Assembly: GCA_951406725.2 (NCBI GenBank) | Contig: OX597821.1 | Coordinates: 114,514,001-114,578,000, forward strand | Source of the DNA: Octopus vulgaris | Lineage: Eukaryota | Reading direction: 5' to 3' | Length of the DNA: 64,000 bases | Shown: positions 49,052 through 62,170 of the stretch, one piece after another | Layout: every line of letters begins with the position of its first letter | Numbering within the stretch: position 1 is the stretch's first letter | Made by a program: the position numbers and the translations under genes | The notes under the pieces: model-generated | What the model was told of the DNA's origin: nothing | What the model saw: only the letters and a program-made list of their open reading frames with translations | Databases searched by the model: none

Positions 49052-49441
49052 GCTGTGTGAAGAAGTGTCACACTCTAATGGTGGAGGGAACCTGTGGAAG
49101 AGGCAGACCCAAGAAGACATGGGATGAGGTGGTGAAGCATGATCTTCGAATGTTGAGCCTCATGGAGACAATGACAAGTGAATGAGACCTTTGGTGGTCT
49201 GCTGTGCTTGAGAAAACCTTTTGAGCACATGGCTGATACCAATGTCATGTCAATGGCACCTGTACCAGTGGCATGTAAAAAGCACCTACTACACTCTTGG
49301 TGTGGTTGGCTTAAGGAAGAGCATCCAGCCCTAGAAACCATGCCAAACCAGACTGAAACCTAGTGAAGCTTCCCAGTTTGCCAGTTTTCAATCAAACCAT
49401 CCAACCCATGTCAGCATGGAAAACAAACATTAAACGATGAT
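49052..49441 (+). mobile_element. RTE LINE 3' fragment, inverted relative to its neighbour
   Basis: SCVKKCHTLMVEGTCGRGRPKKTWDEVVKHDL followed by the conserved 3' end. Confidence 0.8.
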
Positions 49442-49607
49442 ATATATATATATATATATATTTATATATCCTTACTCTTTCTGTTAGCTACTTATGATGT
49501 TATATCATATAACGTTTTTTTAAACAATATTAATAGCGTTCTGTCTATTGCTATACGAATCCATCATTTTTTGCTAAAATGTCATATTGACAAGTTTCGT
49601 TTTTTCA

Positions 49608-49692
49608 CTTTCCCGAAGAGAAGATTGCATTGTTTATACCTTTTATTCTTTTGAATAAGTATCAGTGGAATTTTTGAAACATATGTAGAAAG
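49608..49692 (+). ncRNA. Hammerhead-like motif with a U4C change
   Basis: ctttc-CCGAAGA-gaagatt...aattttt-GAAA-CATATG-TA-gaaag. Perfect 5-bp helix I and palindromic helix III. Confidence 0.5.
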
Positions 49693-50792
49693 AAAAAATA
49701 CTTGTTTAAACCTGCGTTAACTCCATTTTTTATTCCTATTATTCAAATATTCAACGTAAACACGAAGTTTCAACCTTTATAAACAAGGAGTTACAACATC
49801 TTTACTTGTGAGATTTTTGCTGCCCTGGTAACTATTCATTCATTTATCCGTGTTAATTGTTAACAAGGTAAAATACACTCATCTATTTATATATATATAT
49901 ATAATATACACACAAACACACACACACACACACACATATCTATATAATGTGTGTGAGTGTATATAAGGCAAGGTGGTAGAATTATTAGCACACTGGACAA
50001 AATGCTTAGCAGTATTTTGTCCATCTTTAAGTTCCATGTTCAAATTCTGCCCAGGTCACTTATGCCTTTCATCCTTTCGCAGTTGATAAAATTAGTACCA
50101 GTGAAGTATCGGGGTCAATATAATCAACTTACCCCACCCTCAAAAACTGCTGGCCCTGTGTCAAAATGTGAAACCATTATACACATACATTCTCACACAC
50201 ACACACACACACACACACAAGGCCAAGCTGTTGGTTAAGATTAAGAAGGTGTTTGAAGATGTTCTCAGTGACACACTGAGGAACACATGCACCAGGTTCC
50301 AGGGCCATTATGAGGTTAGGGTGGAAGCAGAGGGTGGTGACTTTGAGTAAACTGCTACCTCTAGTTAAGGATGATAATGGTATATCCCATGTTTGGTGCC
50401 ACAAAAATGAGAAATAAGAACTCAATATGTGTAGTAGAATTTATTATTCATTCAAAGGTGAGGCTTCAGTCCTTCCGTATTCGGCCTTGCTACCTCATCC
50501 TCAAGGTAACAAAGAGGAAAACGTAATGTTACCATGGCAGGAAACTCAGGAAAATTGAGATACACACAGACAGAGGGAGAGGCAGGGATGGATAACCCGG
50601 CAGAAAAGCAGACAGGAAGAGAGATAAATAAATGCAGGTAGATTCATGGGAGATAGGCAGGTAAACAGACAATCCCATAATGAATTGACACCTGTACATC
50701 TTTGTTACTCATATATATATATACACACACACACTTTTACATTTATACCCCACACATATATTCGTCTGTGTGTGTGTGTATGCATGCATATA

Positions 50793-50855
<63 letters not shown>

Positions 50856-51078
50856 TATATAGTAGAATTAGGAGCAGAGAGTCGTTGGTACAGGGTTATC
50901 CATTTATGAAAATGAAAGAGATGGCTTTACTGATAATTTTTCCATTTTAGTAATTAAATATTTATGAATTATTAACACCCAATAATTTATAAACATCTAA
51001 TTATTAAAGTGGAAATTTCACTAAAGCCATTTCTATTCATTTTTTCAAATATCTCTCTCTCTCTCTCTATATATATAT

Positions 51079-51130
<52 letters not shown>

Positions 51131-52335
51131 TATCCATGTCTTTGTACTTATCACCCTATGTGTGTGCATGCGTGTGTGTGTGTGTATGTTCTGAATACAT
51201 AAATGGTTTGATATCTCTGATGTTTTCCACCATTTACTGTTAATCTTTACATTCAGTGAACCATCAGCCATTTAAATAACGGTTGAAAGCCATCACACTC
51301 ATCTTTCCCGCCATTTTATCATCAGTTGCTAAACTTTTCTTTGCACTCAAACATTTTGGTATGTTTCACTATATATACATATATATATAAAACTGCTGTA
51401 TAACACAACATATGTTACTCACAAATGTAATTAAGCCATAGGCAATGCATTCCTTAATCCCCTTCCATCTTATAAATCCAAACAAATCTATTATCCCCAT
51501 GTGTGTCTCTGACACTAGTAACAACATCGAGTTAAGAGACAAGTCAGCAAGGAAGCCTTGAAGCAGTTGCATGATTTGCTGAAAACAACAACTAAATTCT
51601 CTCAAATTACACTCAACTGTCTTATAAAGGAAGGTTACATTTTACAATGAAGGAGGTGAGCTTGCAAAATGATTACCAAGCTCGGCAGCATTTCTTCCAA
51701 TTCTTTACATTCTGAGCTCAAATCCCATTGAGGTCAATTTTGTTTTTCATCCCTTCAGAGGTCAATAGAAAAAAATACCAGTCAAGTACTGAGGGAGGGG
51801 GGATATGTAAATTTTTCCGGGGCCAGGTGGTACATTGTAAACTTGTGCAAGGTACTTGATTTAACATTTTTCCCATCAACTCAGCTGAAAATGAACACCT
51901 GCTTAATGAACGTGTTGTCTTCTCTCATCTCCAGCTACCACATTGGGAATGTTCCACTGGGATGGGCAAGAAGGTGTCTATGGCCCCTATGCCTGCTTGT
52001 AGTTACAGAAGAATAAAACAAGCCGTTTTTAATTGTGGATGATGGTTATGGCCTGGTTGTTTTTTCTTTATTAGTACAAAATATTGTCAGGAGAAAGGGT
52101 AGACTTGTGATGGCCTCTGTCAATAAGAACTGGAGATAGAAAATAAAGGAGATGAAGGTCTGTGTAGAGTGAAATGAAGTCCAATTATATATTTGATTTA
52201 GAACCATGGTTTTTAGAGAGAAAATAAAATAGAATTGTTGGGCAGCATGTATCAAATAAGAACCTAGAGTTACAGGCTGGAAATTGTAAAGAAATATCAT
52301 GTCCCCAATGCACATGTGAGTGTGTGTGTGATTAA

Positions 52336-52557
52336 CCCTTTCGATTCCAACCTGGCTGAAACTGGCTCTGGCTCTGAGTTCAAATGTCTTGTTTTCATAA
52401 GTTTTAAATTAAAATCTTCCACCAAACCTTAGTCACAATTTGTGTTCCTAACACCAGCTTAATGATAACTAAGGTATTTTACTAAATTTTTTGTTATATT
52501 TAAAATTAATTGAAAGAAACACAGAGCATCTCAACAGAAATACAGTAACGAAAAGGG
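52336..52557. mobile_element. piggyBac-type MITE (TTAA target duplication)
   Basis: TTAA|CCCTTTCG ... CGAAAAGGG|TTAA; the same family recurs elsewhere in the window. Confidence 0.8.
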
Positions 52558-54308
52558 TTAAGGAGGAGGGAAGGTAAAGTTATTGGAGCATTAGAAAGAA
52601 TGCCTTATGGGATTTGTTCAGGCTCTCAGTGACTTGAAATCCCTATAAAGATCAATTTTGCTTTTCATATTATCAGGGTCAATAAAATATCAGCCAAATA
52701 CTAGAGACAATCCTCTTCCTCCTCCTTCTGAATCTGTTATTTTGTGGCAAACAGCTGTTGTCACACTGTAGGACAGATTGACTCTCAGTGAAATCCATTT
52801 TAAGGATCTTGTCACCACTTTCCTTTGATCAGTAAGGGCAGGTATGTTTTCTTCTGTCACATGATCATCATTATTTAACTTCCATATTCCATGCTGGTTG
52901 GTTTGGATGGTTCGACAGGATGGAACTGGCCAGGGAGCTACATTGGGCTCCAGTATCTGTTTAGGAAGGTTTTCTATGGCTGGATGCCTTTCCTAATGCC
53001 AACCACTTAATGTGTAGTGAGTGCTTTTTTTCATGAGCTGACCAAATAACTTTCAAAACAGGACCTTTTGAAGGAATTGGGGTACAGAGTTGAGGAATGT
53101 GGCTTTGCATCAGGTGATGAGAGACTAAGACCTATGAACTGTTCAAAGTGTCCCTTTTTGAGAAATAGAACAGGATCGAATGAGGAAAGAACTACCAACA
53201 CCCTCTCATAGAAACACTGATATGGTACTGGAACCAACCAAAGACAGAGGTGTTGTACAGCAGAAATGTTTATAACATCTACTACTAACCCATTTAGAAA
53301 TAATGGCAAAAATAGACAGGATGTAAGGCACCATTAAAAAGAGAACCATCAAAGACAGAAAGAATATATGCCGCTTTATGGGTAGTTTTCTTTCTTTCTT
53401 TGACAATGTGGGAAATGAAGGACCAAAGTAGAATGGCTAATTAAGATATATTAATTCCTCATTACTAACCCTGACACAAAAAAAGATGGAATTGTGATGC
53501 CGACATGTATCTGCATATAGTTATATGTGTATGAATGTTTGTATGTGATATATATGTATAAGTATATACATATATGCACATATCCATATGTATATATGTG
53601 CACATATCTGTACGTGTGTCAAAAACTAAGAACAATACCAAAATCGCAATTTATTAGGAGGGGCCCCGTCAATAGATCTGAATATTCTCGTTAGCATTTA
53701 ATGTGTATCAGTCCACCAAATTCTTTTTTTTTCTCATTTTTTGTTAGTCCCTTTCCTGTCTCCCACACCAATCTCGTCTCTGCATTCCACACCCAACCCC
53801 CACACTACTTTGCACTTTACAAATCAAATATCATTCTAATAAATAATAATAATAATAATAACCTTCCCCTCTCTCCCCCACATTTTCAACAATCTCCTCC
53901 TCTTGGGAACGGAATGAATGAATGTGCTAGATTAAATTTCTTGCATTTTTTATAAATTTTTGCTGGGTTTCTTTTTTGTTCTTTTAATGAATACAAATAA
54001 AATATAACAAAAACATAAAACCAATAGAAAAAAAAATAAAACAAAAGAAAATTTTTGTTGGAACAAAATGCTATATAAAATATGTACCAGGGTAGAAATT
54101 TCATCCACAACATATACGTGTGGCCATGCTGGGGCACCAGCTGTGGTCATGCTGGGGCATCAGCTTGAAGAACTTTTAGTCAAATGAATTGACCCCACTG
54201 CTTATTTTCTTCTTAAGCCTGGTATTTATTCTGCTAAGTTATGGGAATATAAAACCAACACTGGTTGTCAAGCAGTGGTGGTGGAGACAAACACAGACAT
54301 ACACACAC

Positions 54309-54340
<32 letters not shown>

Positions 54341-54394
54341 ATATATATATGTATATATATATATTCCAAATTTAGGGACTGGAGTAGATAAAAT

Positions 54395-54640
54395 CCAGTC
54401 TACATATGTTTCATAACTAGCAGAACATTGGAAATAGCAAATTATCCAAACAAGGAGAAGACTGCAAGCTACCCTTCAGACCAATGATACTTTGATTATA
54501 TGAAGTTTACATTATCGTTAGGAGATGCCGCATAAATTTATTGGGGATTTGAGACCAAATCCTTAGCCTGAAGAGTAGCTTGTAGTCTACCCCTCTTTTG
54601 GATAATTTACTACTTCCAAGGTTCTGCTAGCTATAAAACA
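54395..54640. repeat. Inverted repeat (~73-bp arms) with degenerate hammerhead motifs
   Basis: 54407-54479 versus 54568-54640. CTGAAGR-gtagct...agytat-(G)AAAC, followed by ATATGTA in the left arm. Confidence 0.65.
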
Positions 54641-54789
54641 CACATACACACACACACATATATATATATATATAATGGGAAGCTTTATGAAAATAAACAA
54701 AAGACGAAGGCAGGTGGAATATAAACAAACAATTGTATTAGTATGGCACTCAGGAATATAAATAAAACAAGTCTTTTACTTGTATATAT

Positions 54790-55717
54790 ATATGCCAGCT
54801 CTGGCCGTTTGCCAGCTCTGTCTGGCACCTGTGCAGGTGGCACGTAAAAAGCACCCACTACACTCACGGAGTGGTTGGCGTTAGGAAGGGCATCCAGCCG
54901 TAGAAACACTGCCAGATCTGACTGGGCCTGATGAAGCCTTCCAGCTTCACAGACCCCAGTTGAACCGTCCAACCCATGCTAGCATGGAGAACGGACGCTA
55001 AATGATGATGATGATGATGATGATTCCGAACTGTGGAAGGAACCTGTGAAAGAGGTAGACCCAGGAAGACATGGGATGAGATGGTGAAGCATGACCATTG
55101 AACATTGGGCCTCACAGAGGTAATGACAGGAGACCAAGACCTTTGGAGAAAAGCTGTGATTGAGAAGACTCGGCAACTAAAGTGAGATCGCAGCATTGGG
55201 CGATGCCAGTGTTGTGTGTCTGGCCCATTTAAGAGTACCCTTGAAGCATGGGGTGATATGATATGCTTGAGAAGACCTGTTGAGTCTAGTAAAACCAAAA
55301 ATGCAGCTGTGACCAGTGCCACCTGACTGGCCCCCATTCTGGTGGCACGTAAAATGCATCATCCGAACATGGTCGATGCCAGTGTCCCCTGACTAGCTCC
55401 CTGTGCCAGTGGCACATAAAAGCACCATCTGAACATAGCTGATGCCTTCACTCCTTGACTGGCTCCTGTGCCAGTGGCACATAATAAGTACTATTTGAAC
55501 ATGATCGATGCCAGGCCCACCTGACTGGCTCCTGTGCTGTTGGCACATAAACAGCACCCACTACACTCTCAGAGTGGTTGGCATTAGGAAGGGCATCCAG
55601 CTGTAGGAACATTGCCAGATCAGATTGGAGTCTGGTGTAGCCACTGACTCTCTAGACCTCAGTCAAACCGTCTGACCCATGCTAGCATGGAAAACGGATG
55701 TTAAATGATGATGATGA

Positions 55718-55720
<3 letters not shown>
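54790..55720 (+). mobile_element. Two tandem RTE 3'-end copies
   Basis: Each ends aaggGCATCCAGC...catgctagcatggaraacggaygytaaatGATGATGAT; the second has several internal gtgccagtggcac units. Confidence 0.8.
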
Positions 55721-55754
<34 letters not shown>

Positions 55755-55988
55755 CATATACATATCACACACACACAAGGCTTTGGTCAGCTCGAAGCTA
55801 TAGTAGAAGACACTTGTACAAAGTGCCATGCAGTGGGACTGAACCTGGAACCATGTGGTTGGGAGGCAAGCTTCTTACCACACAGCCACTACTGCACCTA
55901 TACCTCAAGTATTATATATATATATATATAAAATAAGGGTGGCTTGTTGGCAATTTTTCAACTGAAAGGCGAAAACATATACATCATT

Positions 55989-56112
55989 AAAGTGACCGAG
56001 GGCACTATTTAGTAACTGTATCGCTAGAAATAAGAGTCAAAACAAACTCATAAGAATTGTTTTGACACTTACTTCTAGCAATACTGGTGTTGAATAGCAC
56101 CCTCGGTCGCTT
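55989..56112. repeat. Inverted repeat/hairpin (~55-bp arms)
   Basis: aagtgaccgaggg...tcaaaacaa versus ttgttttgac...ccctcggtcgctt. Confidence 0.7.
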
Positions 56113-56504
56113 CAGTAACTGATGTGTGTATGTATATACATACATTTATATATACATACATATATATATATGTCAACCCTTGACAATACCAATCAACAAT
56201 TCCTCTTAACAGATGGTGTCCTAATAAGCTTGTTGAGGCTTTTTATTCTTTCTCACCCCCACCTACGTTTATTAATAAAGATTGTAAACAACAGAACTCT
56301 TGTCATGTGATTTTTACCACACCACCCACTCACCCAACATTGTTGTGCATAGGAAAGAGGGTGGGAGGAGTGATAGACACACGGACACACGGACACACAC
56401 ACACATGATGATACACTGACATGTAGACTACGATCGTCATGTATGTCGCTTCCAAGGTTAAAACCTTTCAACACTCACTATACAGCTTCAAATGTATTTG
56501 ATGG

Positions 56505-56829
56505 ATGTGTGTGTGTGTTGCATATATGCATACCGAGTGTGTATGCATGCACATGTGCATGCTATGTGTGTATGTATATGCATTTATGTATGTATGTGTG
56601 TATGTATGTATGTGCATGAACGTGTGTGTGTATGTGCATGTACGTGTGTGTGTGTGTGTGTGTGTGCATGTATACATTATGTGTGTGTATGTGCATGTGT
56701 GAATGTGTATGTATATGCTTGTGTGCATGCACACGTGCATGTGAGTGCATGTACATATGCATGTGTGTGCATGTGAATGTATGTGTGCATGTGCATGTAT
56801 ATGTGTGTATGTGCATGTGTGTGTGTGTT
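56505..56829 (+). repeat. Compound purine-pyrimidine microsatellite (TG/TA/TGCA)
   Basis: About 325 bp of nearly unbroken RY alternation. Confidence 0.9.
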
Positions 56830-57209
56830 GCTGCCTCATTGCTTTGACGTTGCGTGATAGGTGCAAACGAGTGTAATTGTCTTGCAAACAGTGTCCTCCT
56901 CCTCCTAGAATGCTTCATGGAAACACGTCTGGTCATGGGGAAATGCTACATTGCTTGGAAACACATAAGGATTAGTGACAGGAAAGGCATCCGGCCATAG
57001 AAAAATCCATCCCAACAAATTCCATCCAACTCATACCAGTATGGAAAAGTGGACATTAAAACGATGATGAGGAAGATGTATAATATAAGAATATTTTATG
57101 TATAAGTGAAATAACTTTGTTGCTATTAAGTTGGTGATGGGAATATAAATCAACATGACATTTTAATAGGTTTCAATTTTGATCACTTCAAAACTGGAAA
57201 TTGTCATCA

Positions 57210-57475
57210 TCATTGTTTGACCGTGGTCAAGACAATGGAATTTACTATGTTGCCCCAGACTTCACGGTCCATCATAGCATTACGAAAGTCCTGTTGCTGG
57301 ATGCCTGTATCCCTGGAGATTACGTCAGGGTAGGAGAGTATCGCAAGCAGATGGCTTCCAGAGGAGAAGAGTAGAAATTACCTCGTTTTCAGCTCTACAA
57401 CAATGTCCAGCAGACTGGACTCTTCTACCTTTCACAAGAGATGATACAGGTGGTAATTTCCCATATATTTGGGCC
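57210..57475 (-). mobile_element. Degenerate LINE (RTE-like) 3' fragment
   Basis: Minus strand LVKGRRVQSAGHCCRAENEVISTLLLWKP is similar to the R...AGHC.R motif after RT; it ends in a gatgat tail. Confidence 0.55.
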
Positions 57476-58433
57476 CAGGTAGGATGGTATCAAAAGGGAT
57501 AAAGTGCCATGCAAAAAACAAAAAGAAACAAAAAGATTGTTTTTGGAACTCATAAGAGTTTACAAAAGAACTACTATGGAGAGCAAGATGCATTTGGATG
57601 ATGCAGAAGAATTTTCATCATAGCTTTTTTGATAATCTATGGATTATTACATTTGATGCCATGTACAATGCACCCTGGGCCTTATATGCAAAGTTGGAGT
57701 CTATATTACATTCTTTAGTGCACTAAAATCTTTTCTTTTTTCTGAATATGCACTGAAGTTAGGGTGCATCTAATATACCCTTGTGTAATTAATAACATCA
57801 AATATCATAAATATGCTCATATCCATTTATCTGCCAGTAAGTTACTAGAATCAATTTAATCAAAAATATATATCTATATATATATATATATATGTTTCTT
57901 TACTGCCCACAAGGGGCTAAACAAAGAGGGGACAAACAAGGACAGACAAAGGGATTAAGTCGATTACATTGACCCCAGTGCGAAACTGGTACTTTATCGA
58001 CCCCGAAAGGATGAAAGTTGACCTTGGCGGAATTTGAACTCAGAACGTAACGACATGAAATACCGCCAAGGATTTCACATGGTGCACTAATGTTTCTATA
58101 TATATAAAGGAGCACTATGTTGGTTACAACGATGAGGGTCCCAGCTGATACGATCAATGGAACAGCTTGCTCATAAAATAAACGTGCAAGTGGTTGAGCA
58201 CTCCACAGGCACGTGTACCCTTAATGTAGTTCTGAGGGAAATTCAGCATGACACAAAGTGTAACAAGGCCGGCCCTTTGAAATACAGGTACAACTCATTT
58301 TTGCTAGCCGAGTGGACTGGAGCAATGTGAAATAAACTGTCTTGCTCAAAGACACAATGCGTCATCATGAATTGAACTCATGACCTTACAATCAAGTGCT
58401 GAATGTCTTATCCACTAAGCCACGTGCCTTCAC

Positions 58434-58478
<45 letters not shown>

Positions 58479-58484
58479 AAATTA

Positions 58485-59021
58485 ATTCGATGACTGGCAT
58501 CCGTGCTAGCGGGGTGCAAAGAGCACCATACGAGAGTGATCGTTGACAGAGCGACTAAGCGGCTTCCATGCCAGTGGCACATAAAAGGGAACCATTCGAG
58601 TGTGATCGTTACCAGCGTCGCCTTACTGGCACTTGTGCCTGTGCTAGTAGGGTGCCAAGAGCACCATCTGAGCATGATCGTTGCCAGAGCAGCCAACTGG
58701 CTTCCGTACACGTGGCACGTAAAAGGGCACCATTCGAGCGTGATCGTTACCAACATCGCTTCACTGGCACCTGTGTTGGTGGCAAGTATAAAAAGATTCG
58801 AGCAAGGTTGTTGCCAGTACCGCCTGACTGGCCCCCGTGCCAGTGGCATGTAAAAAGCACCCACTACACTCTCTGAGTGGTTGGTGTTTGGAAGGGCATC
58901 CAGCTGTAGAAACTCTGCCAGATCAAGATTGGAGCCTGGTGCAGCCATCTGGTTCACCAGCCCTCAGTCAAAAATCGTCCAACCCATGCTAGCATGGAAA
59001 GCGGACGTTAAACGATGATGA

Positions 59022-59024
<3 letters not shown>
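58485..59024 (+). mobile_element. RTE 3'-end copy with about six internal units
   Basis: Reverse-complement homologue of 48165-48700. Confidence 0.82.
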
Positions 59025-59072
<48 letters not shown>

Positions 59073-59127
59073 GTCTGTTATAATGAATCCATAAACATAT
59101 ATAAAACATCCAAGGGTATATCTTTTT

Positions 59128-59202
59128 TCCCTCTGAAGATATTATGCTCAGGTTATATACATTTAATATTTACTGAGTATTAATTGAAACAGCTGTAAGG
59201 GA
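59128..59202 (+). ncRNA. Type I hammerhead ribozyme-like motif
   Basis: tccct-CTGAAGA-tattatgctca...tgagtattaatt-GAAA-CAGCTG-TA-aggga. Perfect 5-bp helix I, palindromic helix III ACAGCTGT, GUA triplet; the base pair closing helix II is a T-T mismatch. Confidence 0.65.
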
Positions 59203-59876
59203 TGACAATTAATTTGATGTTAATAATAAACAATTATTGACTTCCCAATCTCTATTTTCTTCTTTTATATATAATTCTAGATCCTCATGCTTCTTCATTA
59301 CTTCTTTGGAAAAAAGTGTTCCCTCCCTGATGAAGAGTCATTCTTGGACCATCAGATCCCTCTCCCCATACATCATGACCAGGTACTTCATTGGTCACGA
59401 TAATGAGTATTCCAGTCGATCCAATTAATGGAACAGCCTGCTTGTGAAATTAACATACAGGTGGCTGTGTACACCACAGACACACATATCCTTAATGTTG
59501 TTCTCAGAGAGATTAAGCATGAGAAAAGAACGTGACAAGGCTGGCCCTTTTGAATTACAACTCATTTTTGCCAGCTGAGTGGACTGGTGCAATGTGAAGT
59601 GAAGTTTCTTGCTCAAGGTCACAACATGCCATCAGGACTCAAACTCACAACCTTACGATCATGAGCCAAGCATGCTAACCACTGAGCTACACTCCCTCCT
59701 CACTCAAACAGCACAGGAACTTATCTAAGCAAATGAACTTCATAGAATCAGCTTTGATGGTGCAGACCACTCCTACCAATTCCTCAGAATTGTTGTCGTT
59801 CAGAGTCACTACCTCTTTGCTCTTTTACTTATCTCAAGTCTTGCTTCAGTTGTTTGTCGTCATTTCTGTTGTTTAA

Positions 59877-60224
59877 CCCTTTCGTTACTGTATTTCTGTT
59901 GAGATGTTATGTGTTTCTTTCAGTTTATAATAATAATGAAATTATTGTATACAGTGCTCAGGTGCACCACAACTTGTCAGAAAGTGCATATAAAGTACAT
60001 GCAGTAATGTAGAAATGTCTGGAAAGCGAACAATGTATGAGTCAGATACATGCTTGTGTGTGTAACAAAGAATTTAGTAAAATAACTTAGTTATCATTCA
60101 GTAAGTGTTAGCAACATAAATTGTGACTAAGGTTTAGTGGAAGATTTTAATTCAGAACTTTTGAAAACAAGACATTTGTACTACAGAGCCAGAAGCAGTT
60201 ACAGCCAGGTTGGTATGGAAAGGG
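59877..60224. mobile_element. piggyBac-type MITE carrying an internal insertion (~59925-60062)
   Basis: TTAA|CCCTTTCGTTAC ... AAAGGG|TTAA, collinear with 28597-28816 except for the insert. Confidence 0.75.
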
Positions 60225-60489
60225 TTAAGTCAATATTTCTTCACTAAATTTTACAGCAATTTGTAGAAGATAAAAGACATATTTTTTCTGTTTTAAGCAG
60301 CAATCACTTAAAATTAACATCGACATTCATTCTGGTGGCCTTTTCCAAGAATTCCCACATAGGAATGCAATTGCCCCTGCTCCCCAACACACACACACAC
60401 ACACACAAAGCAGTCCTTCACTAGCAACAACAAGGGTCTGCAGATAAATCTGCCACTAATAGATGGAGATTTATATTTTTAATTTTTTA

Positions 60490-60888
60490 CTCTTTCATAT
60501 ACTTCAGTCACCAGACTGCGGCCACGCTGGGGCACTGCCTTGAAGAATTTCAGTTGAACAAATCAACCCCAGGATTTATTTTTTAAGCCTGGTACTTATT
60601 CTATCAGTTCCCTTTGCCAAACTGCTAAGTTACAGAGATGTAAACAAACCAACACCCGTTGTCGAGTGGTGGTGGGGGACAAACACAGATGTGTGTGTGT
60701 GTGTGTGTGTGCATACACACACAACTATACGATAGGCTTCTTTCAGTTTCCATCTACTAAGTCCACTCACAAGGCTTTGGTCAGCCTGAGACTATAGCAG
60801 AAAACATTTGCTCAAGGTACCACACAGTGGGACTGAACCCGGAACCATGTGGCCGGGAAGTAAATTTCTTACCACACTGCTACACCTA
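60490..60888 (-). mobile_element. tRNA-derived SINE, family A
   Basis: Reverse complement of the 40362-40740 family. Confidence 0.78.
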
Positions 60889-61105
60889 CAATAATAATCC
60901 CCACCTCCTACCCATGAACTAATGTGATTAGCAGGTGTTTGATGATTGCTAGCCATCAATGGGTAATTACCCTCCACTACTGACTTCAGAAAAGGGACCA
61001 ATGTGAAGTGTAACATTCAGGTCTTCTGCAAGAACATTAGAATTTCTCTGAAATAGTTACAATTTGAAATTTTTGGATTGTAGAGTCAGTTCACACAGAG
61101 CCTAT

Positions 61106-61523
61106 TAAACCTTTCAATACCAACCCAGCTGAATTAAAATCTACCACCAAACCATAGTCACAATTTATGTTGCTAACACTAGCTTATTGATATAACTAAG
61201 GTATTTTACTAAATTCTTTTTGTTTTATTTAAAATTAATTGAAAGAAACACAGAGCATCTCAACAGAAATACGGTAACAAAAGGGTTAGAATATATAAAA
61301 GAGAAACAATTTTTAATCTTTTCAATATCAACCTGGCTGAAACTGTCTCTGGTTCTGTAATACAAATGTCTTGTTTTCATAAGTTCTGAATAAATTCTTC
61401 CACCAAACCTTAGTCACAGTTTATGTTCCTAACACTAGCTGAATGATAAATAAGTTATTTTACTAAATTCTTTGTTATATTTAAAATTAATTGAAACACA
61501 GCATCTCAACAGGAAAGGGTTAA
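61106..61523. mobile_element. Two adjacent copies of the piggyBac-type MITE
   Basis: Two units ending aagggtta(g) at ~61289 and aagggttaa at ~61523, homologous to 52336-52557. Confidence 0.7.
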
Positions 61524-61744
61524 ACATACTAGAAGCTCTCACAACATTATATCATTATCATTGCTTTGACCCTTTTGGCATTTAAACCAGCCGTATATAA
61601 TGAACCAAAATATATGGCCCAAAATATTCTTGCTTATTGCTTATACATCAAATATTCTTTTAATGGTTTCAGTCATAGGACCATGACCACACTGGAGCAC
61701 TGCCTTAATTTATTTTCTATCAGTTTTGTTGTCACTTTAAAGCT

Positions 61745-62170
61745 GGAAGTTGGTCTATGATTGAATTTCAAGAAGCTGATCTTTCCTGAGGGTATCTTGG
61801 AATGGTTGGCTGGTCTGGCATCATTGTAAGTAGTTTACCCAATGTTTTTTTTTTGTCTTTTATTTACTTTTTCAGTAAGAGTTCTTTTTATATTTCTGCT
61901 TTCTTTAGATTAACAGTTGAGGACTCTGAATATCAGACTAGTGATTTCAAAGATGGTATATTTGGAAGCTGATCGTGTCTACCAGTTGATGCATTAGAAG
62001 TCTCTCTAATGCCAAAGTTTGGAACATAACCCTTCAGGATTTTCCATACATATATAACATATCTTAGCATTCAAGAGAGTACCAAAGCTTGAGTATCTCA
62101 TACAAGATCACCAATTCTCAAATCATGACCAAATTTCCTAAAGTGAACCAGATGCAACCCAGAATAATGT
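61745..62170 (-). mobile_element. Degenerate CR1/Jockey-like LINE 3' fragment
   Basis: Minus-strand remnants YVIYVWKILKGYVPNFGI and KLLTMMPDQPTIP...NSIIDQ. Confidence 0.5.

Noticed and set aside
58485-58870. Repeat-and-spacer-like array (palindromic GTGCCnnTGGCAC units about every 58 bp) resembling a CRISPR array
   Set aside because: The spacers are homologous to each other, the array is the 3' UTR of a multi-copy RTE LINE, the context is eukaryotic, and there are no cas genes.
59762-59777. 14-nt identity (cagaccactcctac) with the start of the 9859 exon
   Set aside because: The similarity does not extend on either side, which is compatible with chance.
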